This document shows, one piece after another, positions 1-9,704 of a stretch of DNA of 64,000 nucleotides. A model generated the notes under the pieces. It had not been told where the DNA came from and made no database searches. It was given only the letters and a program-made list of their open reading frames with translations. Position numbers and translations under genes: made by a program. The stretch comes from a virus. Position 1 is the stretch's first letter. Each line of letters opens with the position of its first letter. The stretch covers positions 1-64,000 of IMG/VR virus record IMGVR_UViG_3300019142_000010. One strand, 5' to 3'.

Positions 1-1605
1 CTTCGTGAGTTCATCAAGGGCGGCTGGCACGTGCTCGAACCGGCCAACCCGTACAAGGCGAACTGGCACATCGATGCGATCTGTGAATTCCTGACGGCCA
101 TCACGCAGGGGCAAATCCGTAACGGCGTCATCAACATTCCGCCGCGGCACATGAAGTCGCTGGCCATCTCGGTCTTCTGGCCGACGTGGGAATGGCTCTC
201 GCAGCCGTCGCTTCGCTACATCACCTCTTCTTACCGCACGGCTCTCTCCAGGCGCGACAACGGCAAGGCGCTACAGCTCATTGAATCGCCGTGGTTCCAG
301 CAGCGATGGGGTCACAAGGTCAGAATCCGCAAGGATGTGCGCTCAAAGACGCATTTCCAGAACACGGCCACCGGCTACCGCATCGCGACCTCTGTGACGG
401 GCGGCGTGACGGGCGAGGGCGGCGACCGCGTGATGGTGGACGACCCGCACAACGTCAAACAGGCCGAATCGCTGGCGGTGCGTGAATCGACGCTCGACTG
501 GTGGGATGGGGCGATGTCGTCGCGCGGCAACAACCCGAAAACGGTCGTTAAGTTGATCGTCATGCAGCGCGTCCATGAGCACGACCTGGCCGGCCACGTG
601 CTCGAACAGGGCGGCTACGAGCATCTGTGTCTGCCGGCCGAGTATGACGGCAAGCGCCGGAGCTATTCGGTGGGCACGGGCGAGTATTTTCCCGGCACGG
701 AGCTGCTCAATAAGGAAGCGCGCGAGGCTGCCCTGCGCTCGCTCAAAGAGTCGGGGCTGACGCTGCACCCGAAGACGAATGAGATTCGTGAGATTCGGGA
801 ATATGACCCGCGCACCACAGAGGGCGAATTGCTCTGGCCTGAGCAGTTCGGTGATGAAGAACTCGGTGAACTCAAGCAACGGCTCGGCATCTACCGCGCG
901 GCCGGCCAACTGCAACAAGACCCGTCGCCGCCTGAAGGCGGACGCCTGAAGCGCGCGTGGTGGCACTTCTGGCAGTTCGAGGGGATGAATTTGCCGCCCG
1001 TTCCCGTGAAGCTGCCGAAGGGCGGCACGGTGCGCCATCCCGTTTACGTCCTGCCCCGCGAGTTCCAGCCCTACACGCCCGGTCGCGGCCTCTCCGGTCT
1101 GTTTTCCGAGACGATCCAATCGTGGGATATGGCGTTTACGGGCACGGCGGAATCTTCCTTCACCGTCGGGCAAATCTGGGGGCGTATCGCGGCCAACAAG
1201 TTCCTGCTCGACCAGCACCGCGAGCAGAACGACATCGTTGAGACCATCGAGGCGTTCCGCACGCTGACGACTGACTGGCCGTTCGCCGCGGCGAAGCTCG
1301 TGGAGAACAAAGCCAACGGTCCGGCGGTCTGCCAGACTTTGCAGAACGAGATCGCGGGCATCCTTCTGACGCCGCCCTACGGCGATAAGGAAGCGCGCGC
1401 CGTCGCGGTCGCTCCCGGCATCCATTCCGGCAACGTCTTTCTCCCGCACCCCGACATGCCCGGCTATGAGTGGGTCTGGGGACTCATCAACGAAGCGGCG
1501 CGCTTCCCGCTCTCCACCTACAAAGACCAAGTTGACACCCTCGCCCAAGCCCTCCTGTATTTCGACGGCGGCCTCGACTACCAAGAAACGGAACTGAACA
1601 TATGA
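1..1605 (+). CDS. terL: Terminase large subunit (5' end cut by window edge)
   Basis: Frame 1 is open from nt 1 (LREFIKGGWH precedes the GTG at 31). It has a P-loop-like INIPPRHMKSLA, a Walker-B-like RVMVDDPHN and a nuclease-like IQSWDMAFTG. The stop overlaps the portal start (ATGA at 1602-1605). Confidence 0.8.
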   Translation, partial: LREFIKGGWHVLEPANPYKANWHIDAICEFLTAITQGQIRNGVINIPPRHMKSLAISVFWPTWEWLSQPSLRYITSSYRTALSRRDNGKALQLIESPWFQQRWGHKVRIRKDVRSKTHFQNTATGYRIATSVTGGVTGEGGDRVMVDDPHNVKQAESLAVRESTLDWWDGAMSSRGNNPKTVVKLIVMQRVHEHDLAGHVLEQGGYEHLCLPAEYDGKRRSYSVGTGEYFPGTELLNKEAREAALRSLKESGLTLHPKTNEIREIREYDPRTTEGELLWPEQFGDEELGELKQRLGIYRAAGQLQQDPSPPEGGRLKRAWWHFWQFEGMNLPPVPVKLPKGGTVRHPVYVLPREFQPYTPGRGLSGLFSETIQSWDMAFTGTAESSFTVGQIWGRIAANKFLLDQHREQNDIVETIEAFRTLTTDWPFAAAKLVENKANGPAVCQTLQNEIAGILLTPPYGDKEARAVAVAPGIHSGNVFLPHPDMPGYEWVWGLINEAARFPLSTYKDQVDTLAQALLYFDGGLDYQETELNI

Positions 1606-3098
1606 GCACGACCATCACCGACACTCCCGATTATCGCAACGCCGAGCACACGATGATGCAGCCGGACTGGACGCTCGTTGCAGATCTGCGTCGCGGTCAA
1701 ACCTACATGCGCAGCTTGGGGACGAAGTATCTGCCGAAGAACCCGCTGGAGACTCCGACGAAGTACAAGAACCGCGTCGCCATGTCGCGCTTCTATAACG
1801 TCTATCTCCACACCGAAGATGCTTTGATGGGACTGGCCTACCGCCGCGATCCCGTCCTCGGTGATGACGTGCCGAAAAGAATCCGGGGCACGCGCGGGGA
1901 GCGCGGGTCAGGCATTGCCGAGAACATTGATTTGCAGGGTACGCACCTCGCGCTGTTCATGCGCCAGGTGACGAAGCTGGCCTTTGACGGTCACAGCTTC
2001 ATTCACGTCGAGATGCCGCCGAAGCTCAAACGTGGAGCGTCGCGCCTTGACGAGAAGAAAGCGAAGCGTCGCCCCTACTGGCGGCCGTATCGTGCCAATC
2101 AAGCTCTGAATTGGAACATCGAGATCGTGGGCGGTGTGCCGCGCCTGGCGCAAATTTCTTTCCTCGAAAACGTGCAGGTGAAAGACGGTCGTTTCGGCAA
2201 GACGTTCAAGGCTCAGTATCGCGTGATGCTGCCGGGCGGCTGGGAGCTGTGGGAAGAGTCGAACGACAGCGGGCGCATCACGGTCACGCGCAAAGATGCG
2301 GTCGCGGTTGATTTGCCGGAGATACCCGTTGCCGTCATCTACGGCCATAAAGTGGGCGCGCTCGTCAGCCAGCCGCCTCTGCTCGATCTGGCGCACGAGA
2401 ACGTCTATCACTTCCAACTGTGCAGCGAGTTCCGCAACGTCACGCACATCGCCAACACGCCCGTCATGGTCAGAATCGGCGCGCGCACCGACCAGCACGG
2501 AAAGGCGTTGCCGCTCGGCACGGACAAAATCATTGACGTTGATTTGAAGGGCGACGTGAAGTGGCTGGAACACGCAGCGCGCGCCATCCCTCACGCCCGC
2601 AACGAGATCAAAGACAGCGAGGGGCGCATGGCCGTCACCGGCATGTCCCTCGTCGGCGGTCGCCCCGAGGTGGAAAAGACCGCGACGCAATCCATTCTCG
2701 ATAACGTCGAGCAGACTTCGACGCTCGGCCTCATCGTGCGCTCGGCGGGCGACGCGGGCGAACAGTGTTTGGCGTGGACGGCGCAGTTCATGGAAGAGGG
2801 CGAGAACGGCGGCTCGCTCAACATGAACAAGTCGTTCATGAATCTGCAACTCGATCCCTCGAAGATGAGCGCCATCTCCGATCTCGTCTCCGAAGGTCAA
2901 CTCACGGTCGAGACGATGTGGGCGATCCTCAAACGCGCCGAAGAACTGCCCGATGAATTCGATCCCGTTGAAGAGGCGAAGAAGTTGGCCGCGCAGAACG
3001 TGGTCAAAGGAAGCGCGCCGGGTGAGAAAGCCATCGAGGACAAGAAACCCGGTCAGCAGGGTGATGACAATGACGACAACGAAGACGACGATCAATAA
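1602..3098 (+). CDS. Portal protein
   Basis: 498 aa, directly after the terminase with an ATGA overlap. Size and position fit a portal, and the C-terminal tail is acidic (DDNDDNEDDDQ). The N-terminus (YLPKNPLE..KYKNRV) recalls DUF4055-type portals, from memory only. Confidence 0.7.
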   Translation: MSTTITDTPDYRNAEHTMMQPDWTLVADLRRGQTYMRSLGTKYLPKNPLETPTKYKNRVAMSRFYNVYLHTEDALMGLAYRRDPVLGDDVPKRIRGTRGERGSGIAENIDLQGTHLALFMRQVTKLAFDGHSFIHVEMPPKLKRGASRLDEKKAKRRPYWRPYRANQALNWNIEIVGGVPRLAQISFLENVQVKDGRFGKTFKAQYRVMLPGGWELWEESNDSGRITVTRKDAVAVDLPEIPVAVIYGHKVGALVSQPPLLDLAHENVYHFQLCSEFRNVTHIANTPVMVRIGARTDQHGKALPLGTDKIIDVDLKGDVKWLEHAARAIPHARNEIKDSEGRMAVTGMSLVGGRPEVEKTATQSILDNVEQTSTLGLIVRSAGDAGEQCLAWTAQFMEEGENGGSLNMNKSFMNLQLDPSKMSAISDLVSEGQLTVETMWAILKRAEELPDEFDPVEEAKKLAAQNVVKGSAPGEKAIEDKKPGQQGDDNDDNEDDDQ

Positions 3099-3453
3099 GC
3101 GGTCGGCCAGATTACTAGGCGAATGGGAGTCATTGCCGGCCATCACTCCGGACGCGCTCTCGTTCGATGATCTGCATCGTCCGGCCTACGTGTTGGCCTC
3201 GCTCGATGCGGCCACGTGGGGCGACCCCGAGGCAGAGGAAGGCCAGCGCATTCTTGAGGTAGTTCCCTGCACCATCGTTAATTTCACCGAAGCGACTCTC
3301 ACCATCCGCTTCACTTCTCACACCCGCGAGCTCTACAGCCTCGCCCTTGAATACATCATCTGCGCGCCCGGCTTCATCAGGTGGGCGACCCCGGAAGAGA
3401 CAGCGCGCTGGATGGCTGGAAAGGAAGAGTTCAGTTATGACGACGGAATTTAA
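3064..3453 (+). CDS. Hypothetical protein (start uncertain)
   Basis: The ORF 2953-3453 overlaps the portal gene. The first plausible ATG is at 3064 (MTMTTTK..). No recognisable motif; support is positional only. Confidence 0.3.
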   Translation: MTMTTTKTTINKRSARLLGEWESLPAITPDALSFDDLHRPAYVLASLDAATWGDPEAEEGQRILEVVPCTIVNFTEATLTIRFTSHTRELYSLALEYIICAPGFIRWATPEETARWMAGKEEFSYDDGI

Positions 3454-4789
3454 TGCTGTCAGCGCCGGCGGGGCTACTGCCGCCGCCGTCGGCATTTTCA
3501 GCCTCATCATCGTTTCCCTCGTGCTCGGTTTGACCTGTGCCGGCCTCGTCCGGCAGAGCGTTCGGCTGCGCCGCGAAGTGCGCGCCCTGACCCGCACAAG
3601 CGAGTGGCAGAACCGGCGTATTAAGCGACTGGATTGCTTGCGCAATCAGGCGGTCGCAAACATCACTCGCCTCTCGCTGCGCAACCACGATCTTTTGCTC
3701 CAACGTCGTCACCTCGGCACGGCGCTCGAAGATACGGCGAAGGAATTAGACCTGGCGGAAGGCGTCATCCTCGGCCTCTCGCACGTCTCCGACGAGCAGC
3801 GGCAGACCATCCGTGATCTGCGGTCGGAACGCGAGGGATTGCGCGAGCAGGTCAAGCGCGGACAGGGCAATTTGCAACTTGTCGAGCGCTTGCTGTCCGG
3901 ATCGCGCGCCGAAGCTCGCCGGCTGCGCCGCGAGCGTGACGAGTTTGAATTGCAGCTCTTCGCTCATGAGATGAAGGAGCGCCTGGCCAGCGTCATCACC
4001 ACGCCGGCGAGCCTGAGCATTGAGCGCATCGAGTGGAAGGATTCAAACAACATCTTCGTCGAGGGCGCGGGACTGAACGGTGAGCGTCGCGCCGATGTCT
4101 CGGTGGAGTTCAAAAACGGAGTGTTCGAATACAACATCGAGGGGACGCGCGAAGCCATCCTCGAATTGCTGCCTATGGAGAATGAAATGGTGGTGAAAGG
4201 CGCGCGCTCAGAGGCGTTCGTGCGCAACACGATGGCTTTTGAGCCGGAGCAGAACCCGCTGGCCGCGCCCGCCGGGCTCTACATCAAGCGTGTCGATAAT
4301 GACCTGTTGATTAGCTGGCAGACCGAGATCGGGACGACGTATGAAATCTCGGACAACGGCCGGAGGATTCTCATGCGCGGTCTGAGCATGGCGAATTTCC
4401 GTCATGCCGACGCGTTGGAGACCCACCCGGACAGGCTGACCGGCAGTTGTTACACCTATTACGTTCGCGCCGTGCGAGGCGAGGAAGAGTCGCCGTGGGC
4501 GACCATCACCATCACCGTTCCGCGGGCGCAGCGAGAGCGCGACCACATTACCGGTGGCATCATTTACAAGCGTTCAATCGGCCATCGTGATTTCATTCCG
4601 CACCGCAACAGTGGATGGGGATGGGCAGCGCAGCCTGAGACCAGCTGCGAGTCGTTCGTCCCGCCGTCTGTCTTCACCGGCGCGTTGGAGAAGGGCTTGC
4701 CCCTGCGCTACACGCGCAAGCAGAGCGGCGATTACTTTGAGCATCAATTTACGCTCGGCGCTCCGGGCGATTCGTTGATGGACAAGTGA
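3437..4789 (+). CDS. Membrane-anchored coiled-coil protein with C-terminal FN3-like module
   Basis: The ATG at 3437 is preceded by GGAAAGGAAGAG. There is an N-terminal TM helix (AAAVGIFSLIIVSLVLGLTCAGLV), a long heptad-rich stretch, then YEISDNG..CYTYYVRAVRGEEESPWATITITVP. The same module recurs in the tail fibre. Confidence 0.6.
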   Translation: MTTEFNAVSAGGATAAAVGIFSLIIVSLVLGLTCAGLVRQSVRLRREVRALTRTSEWQNRRIKRLDCLRNQAVANITRLSLRNHDLLLQRRHLGTALEDTAKELDLAEGVILGLSHVSDEQRQTIRDLRSEREGLREQVKRGQGNLQLVERLLSGSRAEARRLRRERDEFELQLFAHEMKERLASVITTPASLSIERIEWKDSNNIFVEGAGLNGERRADVSVEFKNGVFEYNIEGTREAILELLPMENEMVVKGARSEAFVRNTMAFEPEQNPLAAPAGLYIKRVDNDLLISWQTEIGTTYEISDNGRRILMRGLSMANFRHADALETHPDRLTGSCYTYYVRAVRGEEESPWATITITVPRAQRERDHITGGIIYKRSIGHRDFIPHRNSGWGWAAQPETSCESFVPPSVFTGALEKGLPLRYTRKQSGDYFEHQFTLGAPGDSLMDK

Positions 4790-4923
4790 AACACGGATGC
4801 GCGGCGCGGGCGTGAGGACCTGCACCGCCGCAAGCGTCGTCCATAACGGGGCTGACGACGCGCCAGTACGTCGGGGCGCGGAAACGCAGCCAGAGGCCAA
4901 GCGAACGCGCCCCACGTACCTCT

Positions 4924-4950
4924 TACCTGATACCTGATACCTAAAACCTG
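4924..4950. repeat. Tandem heptamer TACCTGA x ~3.5
   Basis: tacctga tacctga tacctaa aacctg lies immediately upstream of the GTG at 4950. Confidence 0.6.
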
Positions 4951-5831
4951 TGCAGATCATCATCACACAACCCGTCGGCAGGAAGCGGCCGCGCGGCCGC
5001 GCTCAATTCTGGAACTCGAATGAGATTTCGGAGATGAGCGCGCCGACCGAGCGGCAGCAGGAAGACAGCCGGGCGCGCGTCGAGCGCGAGGCGGTCGCTC
5101 TCGCCCTGCTGCTGACGGCCGTGATCAAGCCCATGCTGCGCCGTCAACCCTCGCCCTATCTCTGGGACGCCGATGATGTGAGATACCGTCGCGCAGACAA
5201 TGAATTTTTAATCCGGCGCCGTGACGTTGATGACCTGCTTGACGGCTTCCTCGTCGGCAGCCAGAAGCGCGCTGCCGCCATCGCCGACGCGCTGCTCTCG
5301 CGCGAGACTTTCATCTATGAATTTCAGACCGCGCTGGCCGCCGAGATACGTCACGCGCACACCATCGCGGCAGTGACGGCGCGCGGCGGGTGGGCGCAGA
5401 TGCGCCCTGAAGACTTCCTGCGACTCGGCGCGCGCACGCGCAAAGAGTATGCCTACCTCAATGGCTTTGCGCGCCAGATTGAGACCGGTGAGCAAGCGAT
5501 GAACGGGCACATCCGGGCGCGCGCCCGTCGCTACGTTCGCGCTGCGCGCTCGACCTACATCAACACGCAACACGAAATGCTCGTGGAGCGCGCGGGCAAA
5601 TTCGCCGGCGTGCTGCTCGGCCGGCGCGTGTACGGCGGCGACAGCCGGAGCGAGCGGTGCGACGGCTGCGAGCGCGAGCATGATCGCGGCTGGCAGTTGG
5701 CTGCCGGCGTGGCCTACATCGGCAGCCAGGAATGCGGCCCGAATTGCAATTGCTATCTCATCTACAAAGTTGTGCCATCCCTCACCAGCGCCGACGAACT
5801 GATCGGCACGCTCGAAGACTTCGATGAGTAA
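4950..5831 (+). CDS. Head morphogenesis protein (Mu F / SPP1 gp7-like); alternative start ATG 5034
   Basis: It sits between portal and scaffold. The C-terminal Cys cluster CDGCEREHDRGW..ECGPNCNCYLIY resembles the conserved C-terminal ..CRC motif of Phage_Mu_F proteins (from memory). Confidence 0.55.
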   Translation: MQIIITQPVGRKRPRGRAQFWNSNEISEMSAPTERQQEDSRARVEREAVALALLLTAVIKPMLRRQPSPYLWDADDVRYRRADNEFLIRRRDVDDLLDGFLVGSQKRAAAIADALLSRETFIYEFQTALAAEIRHAHTIAAVTARGGWAQMRPEDFLRLGARTRKEYAYLNGFARQIETGEQAMNGHIRARARRYVRAARSTYINTQHEMLVERAGKFAGVLLGRRVYGGDSRSERCDGCEREHDRGWQLAAGVAYIGSQECGPNCNCYLIYKVVPSLTSADELIGTLEDFDE

Positions 5832-6081
5832 CCAGGACGAAAACGAAATCAAGTGCCTGTACCCGGGCTGCGGCAAGGTGGCGGCGGAAGTCGTCAACGG
5901 CACGCTCGAATGGCGATGCCGGCATTCGGGTGAGACGCACGTGAATTTCATCAGCGTCGAAGCGCTGGCGCGCAAACTCTCGTCCGCTGGATACGTCCTC
6001 TTGCCGCTCACTGAACTCGTGGAACTGCTCGCCGGGCGGACGACGCTCGCCGTCGTCGTCGAGAGAATCGGCGGCAGTTGA
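5824..6081 (+). CDS. Hypothetical small protein
   Basis: 85 aa. The start overlaps the upstream stop (ATGAGTAA). The sequence has a possible CxxC..C..H zinc site (CLYPGCG..WRCRH). Confidence 0.45.
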   Translation: MSNQDENEIKCLYPGCGKVAAEVVNGTLEWRCRHSGETHVNFISVEALARKLSSAGYVLLPLTELVELLAGRTTLAVVVERIGGS

Positions 6082-6091
6082 ACAAAAATGT

Positions 6092-6121
6092 TTGACAACC
6101 TCTCTGCTCGTGTGCTTCACT
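6092..6121 (+). promoter_or_regulatory. Candidate promoter upstream of scaffold/capsid genes
   Basis: TTGACA (6092-6097), an 18-nt spacer, then TG-c-TTCACT. The -35 is perfect and the -10 is poor. Confidence 0.25.
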
Positions 6122-6320
6122 TGATCCGCTTTGTTCAGCGCGTCTTGAGAACGCCCGCGAATGCAGAATGAGCGCCACGTGCGCCACCCGTTGCAATCGC
6201 GGGCGTTTTTGCGTCTGCGGCTCGCCCTACCATTCGAGCCGCCACTGGGACGCCTGACACCTACAACCCTCACTCACCGAACCCCGCCCGGGGAATCCTT
6301 CTGGAGATTAAACCTCACCT

Positions 6321-7127
6321 ATGAAACTCAAAGCCAAAATCAAGGAGCTCACCGAAGTCGATGAGGCTTTTCGCGGCCTCTACACCAAAGTCGGAGACAG
6401 CTACGAACTCACCGCCGTCGAAGGCGTCGAAAGCCTTTCGTCGGTGACTAACCTCGTCTCGACCACCACCACGCAGTACGAAGCGCTCAAGGAAAAATTC
6501 AAGAACGTCGATCCGGCGAAGTATGCCGAACTGGTCGCCGCCGAAACTGAGTTCAAACAGTTGCAGGCGAAGATTGACGAAGCCAAGTCCTCGGTCGAAC
6601 AGCAGCTCACGCAGCAGTTCACCGGCGAAAAGACGAAGTGGGGAACGCGCGAAAAGCAGTTGACCGACGCTCTGCACGAAGCCCTCGTCGTCTCGGCGGC
6701 CACGGCCGCGATCAGCAAGGTCGCGCCCGACTCGGTTGACCTGCTGCTGCCTCACGTCGTCGGCAAAATGAAGGTCGTCGAGAAAGACGGCAAGTTCGTG
6801 GCCAAAATCATGGGCGATGACGGCAAAGAGCGCGTCGTGTCCGTTGACGGCAAGACGACTGACTTCCCGATCTGGGACGAGAAGCCGGAGAGTAATTCGC
6901 TCCTTCGCGAGATGCGCGAGGACAAGCGATTCATGGGCGCGTTCCCGGCCTCCGACAAAGGCGGCGGCGGCGCGGCGTCCGACACGGGCGCGAATACGGG
7001 CGGTGCTGCTGGCGTCGGCGCGGCCGGTAAGACCGTCTCGATCTCACGCAACGCTCCCTTCGAGCAGTACAAAGCCGCCCGCGAGCAGGCCACCAAAGAG
7101 GGCGCCACCCTCCAACTCACCGATTAA
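6321..7127 (+). CDS. Scaffolding protein (candidate)
   Basis: 268 aa immediately upstream of the capsid gene. It is helical and charged (KEKFKNVDPAKYAELVAAETEFKQLQAKIDEAK) with a Gly/Ala-rich C-terminus. Confidence 0.55.
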   Translation: MKLKAKIKELTEVDEAFRGLYTKVGDSYELTAVEGVESLSSVTNLVSTTTTQYEALKEKFKNVDPAKYAELVAAETEFKQLQAKIDEAKSSVEQQLTQQFTGEKTKWGTREKQLTDALHEALVVSAATAAISKVAPDSVDLLLPHVVGKMKVVEKDGKFVAKIMGDDGKERVVSVDGKTTDFPIWDEKPESNSLLREMREDKRFMGAFPASDKGGGGAASDTGANTGGAAGVGAAGKTVSISRNAPFEQYKAAREQATKEGATLQLTD

Positions 7128-7257
7128 CGAATCTCGCCGGTGGCGGCTCGTCAGCAGCCGCCACCACGCAAGCTGACAGCGCGCGCCGCGCACCTCACCG
7201 GAGCGGCGCGCACCCACCCTTAGACCCTCACTCTTTGCAAGGAGCAGATAAAACCTC

Positions 7258-8403
7258 ATGAGTAACAAGTTGGGATCATTCGATCCCGTTTTCTACGCCA
7301 ACGAAGCCCTGATGCGTTTGGAGAACGTCCTCGGCATGGCGATGCGAGTCCACCGCGGCTACGACAAGAGCGCGAAGCAAAAAGGCTCGACCATCGACAT
7401 CCGCAAGCCGTCCGAGTTCGAGGCCAAAGACGCGCCTTCGTCGGATTCGCAGGACATCGACACCGACACCATCCAGATCGTGCTCGACAAGTGGAAAGAA
7501 GTGAAGTTCGGCGTGACGGACGCGGAACTGAGCTACACCCAGGAGCAGATCATCGAAGAGCATATCAACCCGGCGGTCTATGCCATCGCCAACCACATCG
7601 ATAACTCGTTGTGCGAACTCTACAAGTTCATCCCCTGGTTCTCGGGCGCGGCCGGGACGACGCCCTCGACCATCGAGGACATCACGGCGATTCATCAGGT
7701 GCTGTTCGACAACAAGGTTCCGATGGACGACCCCTCCAGGCTGCACCTCATGATCGACGGCATGGCTCAGGCGAAACTCCTCGCGCTGCCCGCCTTCCAC
7801 ACCGTCAACGGCGCGGGCGCGCAGGGTGCGAACACGCAGGAGAACGGCACCATCGGTCGCAAGTTCGGCTTCAACATCTTCGCCAACCAGAACGTGAAGA
7901 AACACGTGAAGGGCACGGTTGACACCGGCGCGCTGCTGACTAACGGGGCGTTCGCCAAAGGCGTCGAGTCGATCAACCTCGACGCGGCGGCGGTGACGGG
8001 CACGCTCGTCGCCGGCGATTCGCTCGCCTTCGCCAATCACTCGCAACGCTACGTCGTGACCAACACCGTCAACGCGGCGGGGAACGCCCTCGGCAACGTC
8101 GGCATCTTCCCGAAACTGAAGGTCGCGGTGGGCGACAACGTGGCCGTCGCGGTGACGCGCCAGAACGGGACGCGCAACATGGCGTTCCACCGCAACTTCG
8201 CCGCTCTCGCCATGGCTCCGCTCTCGATGATGGGCAACGGCAAGGGCGCGGAGATGCACGTCGCGCAAGACCCGCGCACCGGCCTGACCATCCGCGTCAC
8301 GTTCTTCTACGACGGCCACGGCTCGAAGAACTACGTGAAGTTCGATGTGCTCTACGGCCTGAAGGTGCTCAACCCCGATCTTGCCGGTCTCATGCTCGGC
8401 TAA
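7258..8403 (+). CDS. Major capsid protein
   Basis: 381 aa, after the scaffold and followed by a strong terminator. The N-terminus FDPVFYANEALMRLENVLGMAMRVHRGYD..KGSTIDIRKP follows a pattern I associate with P22-coat-like capsid proteins. Confidence 0.8.
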   Translation: MSNKLGSFDPVFYANEALMRLENVLGMAMRVHRGYDKSAKQKGSTIDIRKPSEFEAKDAPSSDSQDIDTDTIQIVLDKWKEVKFGVTDAELSYTQEQIIEEHINPAVYAIANHIDNSLCELYKFIPWFSGAAGTTPSTIEDITAIHQVLFDNKVPMDDPSRLHLMIDGMAQAKLLALPAFHTVNGAGAQGANTQENGTIGRKFGFNIFANQNVKKHVKGTVDTGALLTNGAFAKGVESINLDAAAVTGTLVAGDSLAFANHSQRYVVTNTVNAAGNALGNVGIFPKLKVAVGDNVAVAVTRQNGTRNMAFHRNFAALAMAPLSMMGNGKGAEMHVAQDPRTGLTIRVTFFYDGHGSKNYVKFDVLYGLKVLNPDLAGLMLG

Positions 8404-8509
8404 CCCCTCACCGGTTTAGCCGAGCAGGCAAGCTGGTCGCGCGCCGGAGGACAGCACCGGCGGCCCGGTGCTGCGGTGATTCGCGCGGCCAGTTGAGAGG
8501 CGGATAAAT

Positions 8510-8538
8510 CGGGCGGGGAACTGCCCCGCCCGGTTTTT
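8510..8538 (+). terminator. Rho-independent terminator after capsid gene
   Basis: A 9-bp GC stem cgggcgggg / ccccgcccg with loop aactg, followed by ggTTTTT. Confidence 0.8.
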
Positions 8539-8541
8539 CCT

Positions 8542-8562
8542 CCCTCATCCCTCATCCCTCAG
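8542..8562. repeat. Tandem heptamer CCCTCAT x3
   Basis: ccctcat ccctcat ccctcag lies directly after the terminator T-run. Confidence 0.6.
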
Positions 8563-8630
8563 CCCGTCCGACCGAGAATCGCAAACCACTTCCCTTCCCC
8601 GACCCTCTGAAAAAAAAACGAGTAAATATC

Positions 8631-9203
8631 ATGGAAATCTTTGAACTAATCGAAGCCTATACGCCCGAATACGGCGACCTCCCGGTCAAAATCCGGCGCG
8701 AGGACTTTCGCCCCGGCGTTGATGAGACTGTCACTGAGCGCGCTTTCCGGCTGGATGAAGAGGCTGGGAAATTACTCGAACTCAAGGGCGCTCGCGCTGA
8801 TTCCGGTCAAAATGAAAACGGGGCGAACACTTCCCTGCCTAAAGTAGTTTCTCAAGGTTTGACCGATCAACCCCCGGCCGTGACCGAACCTGCCGCCGAA
8901 ACTTCAAGTAACACTGGAAATGTCGGCACGCCGACACGCGATCTGCCCGCAGACAAAGGGGAAGCCGGCCAGATCGCGCCCGCGCAGCCTGCGGGCACGG
9001 GAAGCGCAGCAACGGGGGCGTCAGATGCGCCGCCGACACCCGCTAAACCGCTCTCGAAAGCCGAGCGGAAAGCGGCCGCGAAACTCGCCGCCGCCGCCGC
9101 CGCGCAGGCCATCAACAATTTGTCCGGTGGCACGACGACGGGCGAGGGCACCAACACGGTTGATCCCGCTAAGGCGGCCTCGACCGGGACGGCAGGGAAC
9201 TAA
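8631..9203 (+). CDS. Hypothetical Ala/Pro/Thr-rich protein
   Basis: 190 aa in the head module with a low-complexity C-terminal half. It could be a decoration or accessory head protein; support is positional only. Confidence 0.45.
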   Translation: MEIFELIEAYTPEYGDLPVKIRREDFRPGVDETVTERAFRLDEEAGKLLELKGARADSGQNENGANTSLPKVVSQGLTDQPPAVTEPAAETSSNTGNVGTPTRDLPADKGEAGQIAPAQPAGTGSAATGASDAPPTPAKPLSKAERKAAAKLAAAAAAQAINNLSGGTTTGEGTNTVDPAKAASTGTAGN

Positions 9204-9700
9204 TGCTCACCATTGATGCCACGGTCGCCGGAACGACCAGTAACAGCTTCCAGACGCTCGATGAGGCCGAGGCGTATTTCGCCACCGTCTTGCCCGCGCT
9301 CAAGCCGAACTGGACGGCCGCCGGTGATGAGGAAAAAAAGACCGCGCTCATCTCGGCCTGCTCCCGGCTGGAACGCTACCGCTACAACGGTGAGCGGACG
9401 ACGCGCACACAGCGGCTCAAGTTCCCGCGCTGTGGCATCTGGACGCTCGACCTCGATGCGCTCGACGAGCGCACCATCCCGCGCGTGATGAAGGAGGCGC
9501 AGTGCGAGTTGGCCGAATACATGCTCGGCCAGATCGCGCCCGTCTCTTCATCGCTCGACCGGTTTGAAGAGATCAAGTTGCCGGGCGGGTTGAGCATCAA
9601 GCCGCGCTTTCAATCGGGTAGCTCTGATGACTTACCGGCGCGCGTCTCGGAACTCTTGAACGATCTTCTGTTGAGCGGTTCTTCGCTCATCCGGGCATAA
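9203..9700 (+). CDS. Head-tail adaptor / connector (candidate)
   Basis: 165 aa with a TAATG junction. The pattern TLDEAEAYFA..ALISACSRLE..RLKFPRCG is typical of gp6/gp15-like head-tail connectors (from memory). Confidence 0.5.
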   Translation: MLTIDATVAGTTSNSFQTLDEAEAYFATVLPALKPNWTAAGDEEKKTALISACSRLERYRYNGERTTRTQRLKFPRCGIWTLDLDALDERTIPRVMKEAQCELAEYMLGQIAPVSSSLDRFEEIKLPGGLSIKPRFQSGSSDDLPARVSELLNDLLLSGSSLIRA

Positions 9701-9704
9701 CGAA

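Noticed and set aside
343-1584. Long antisense or out-of-frame ORFs opposite clear genes. Examples: 343-1584(-), 1908-3146(-), 7276-8319(-), 11321-12325(-), 12611-13432(-), 15696-16517(-), 20863-22023(-), 22690-23850(-).
   Set aside because: They lie opposite genes with clear phage motifs. They are Arg/Ala/Gly/His-rich with no motifs, which is typical of stop-codon-poor alternative frames in high-GC DNA.
7139-7210. Two GC-rich hairpins between the scaffold and capsid genes (ggtggcggc..gccgccacc and gcgcgccgc..gcggcgcgc) as terminators.
   Set aside because: Neither is followed by a T-run, and they lie inside an obviously co-transcribed scaffold-capsid pair. They may be RNA stability or processing elements, but the evidence is too weak to annotate.
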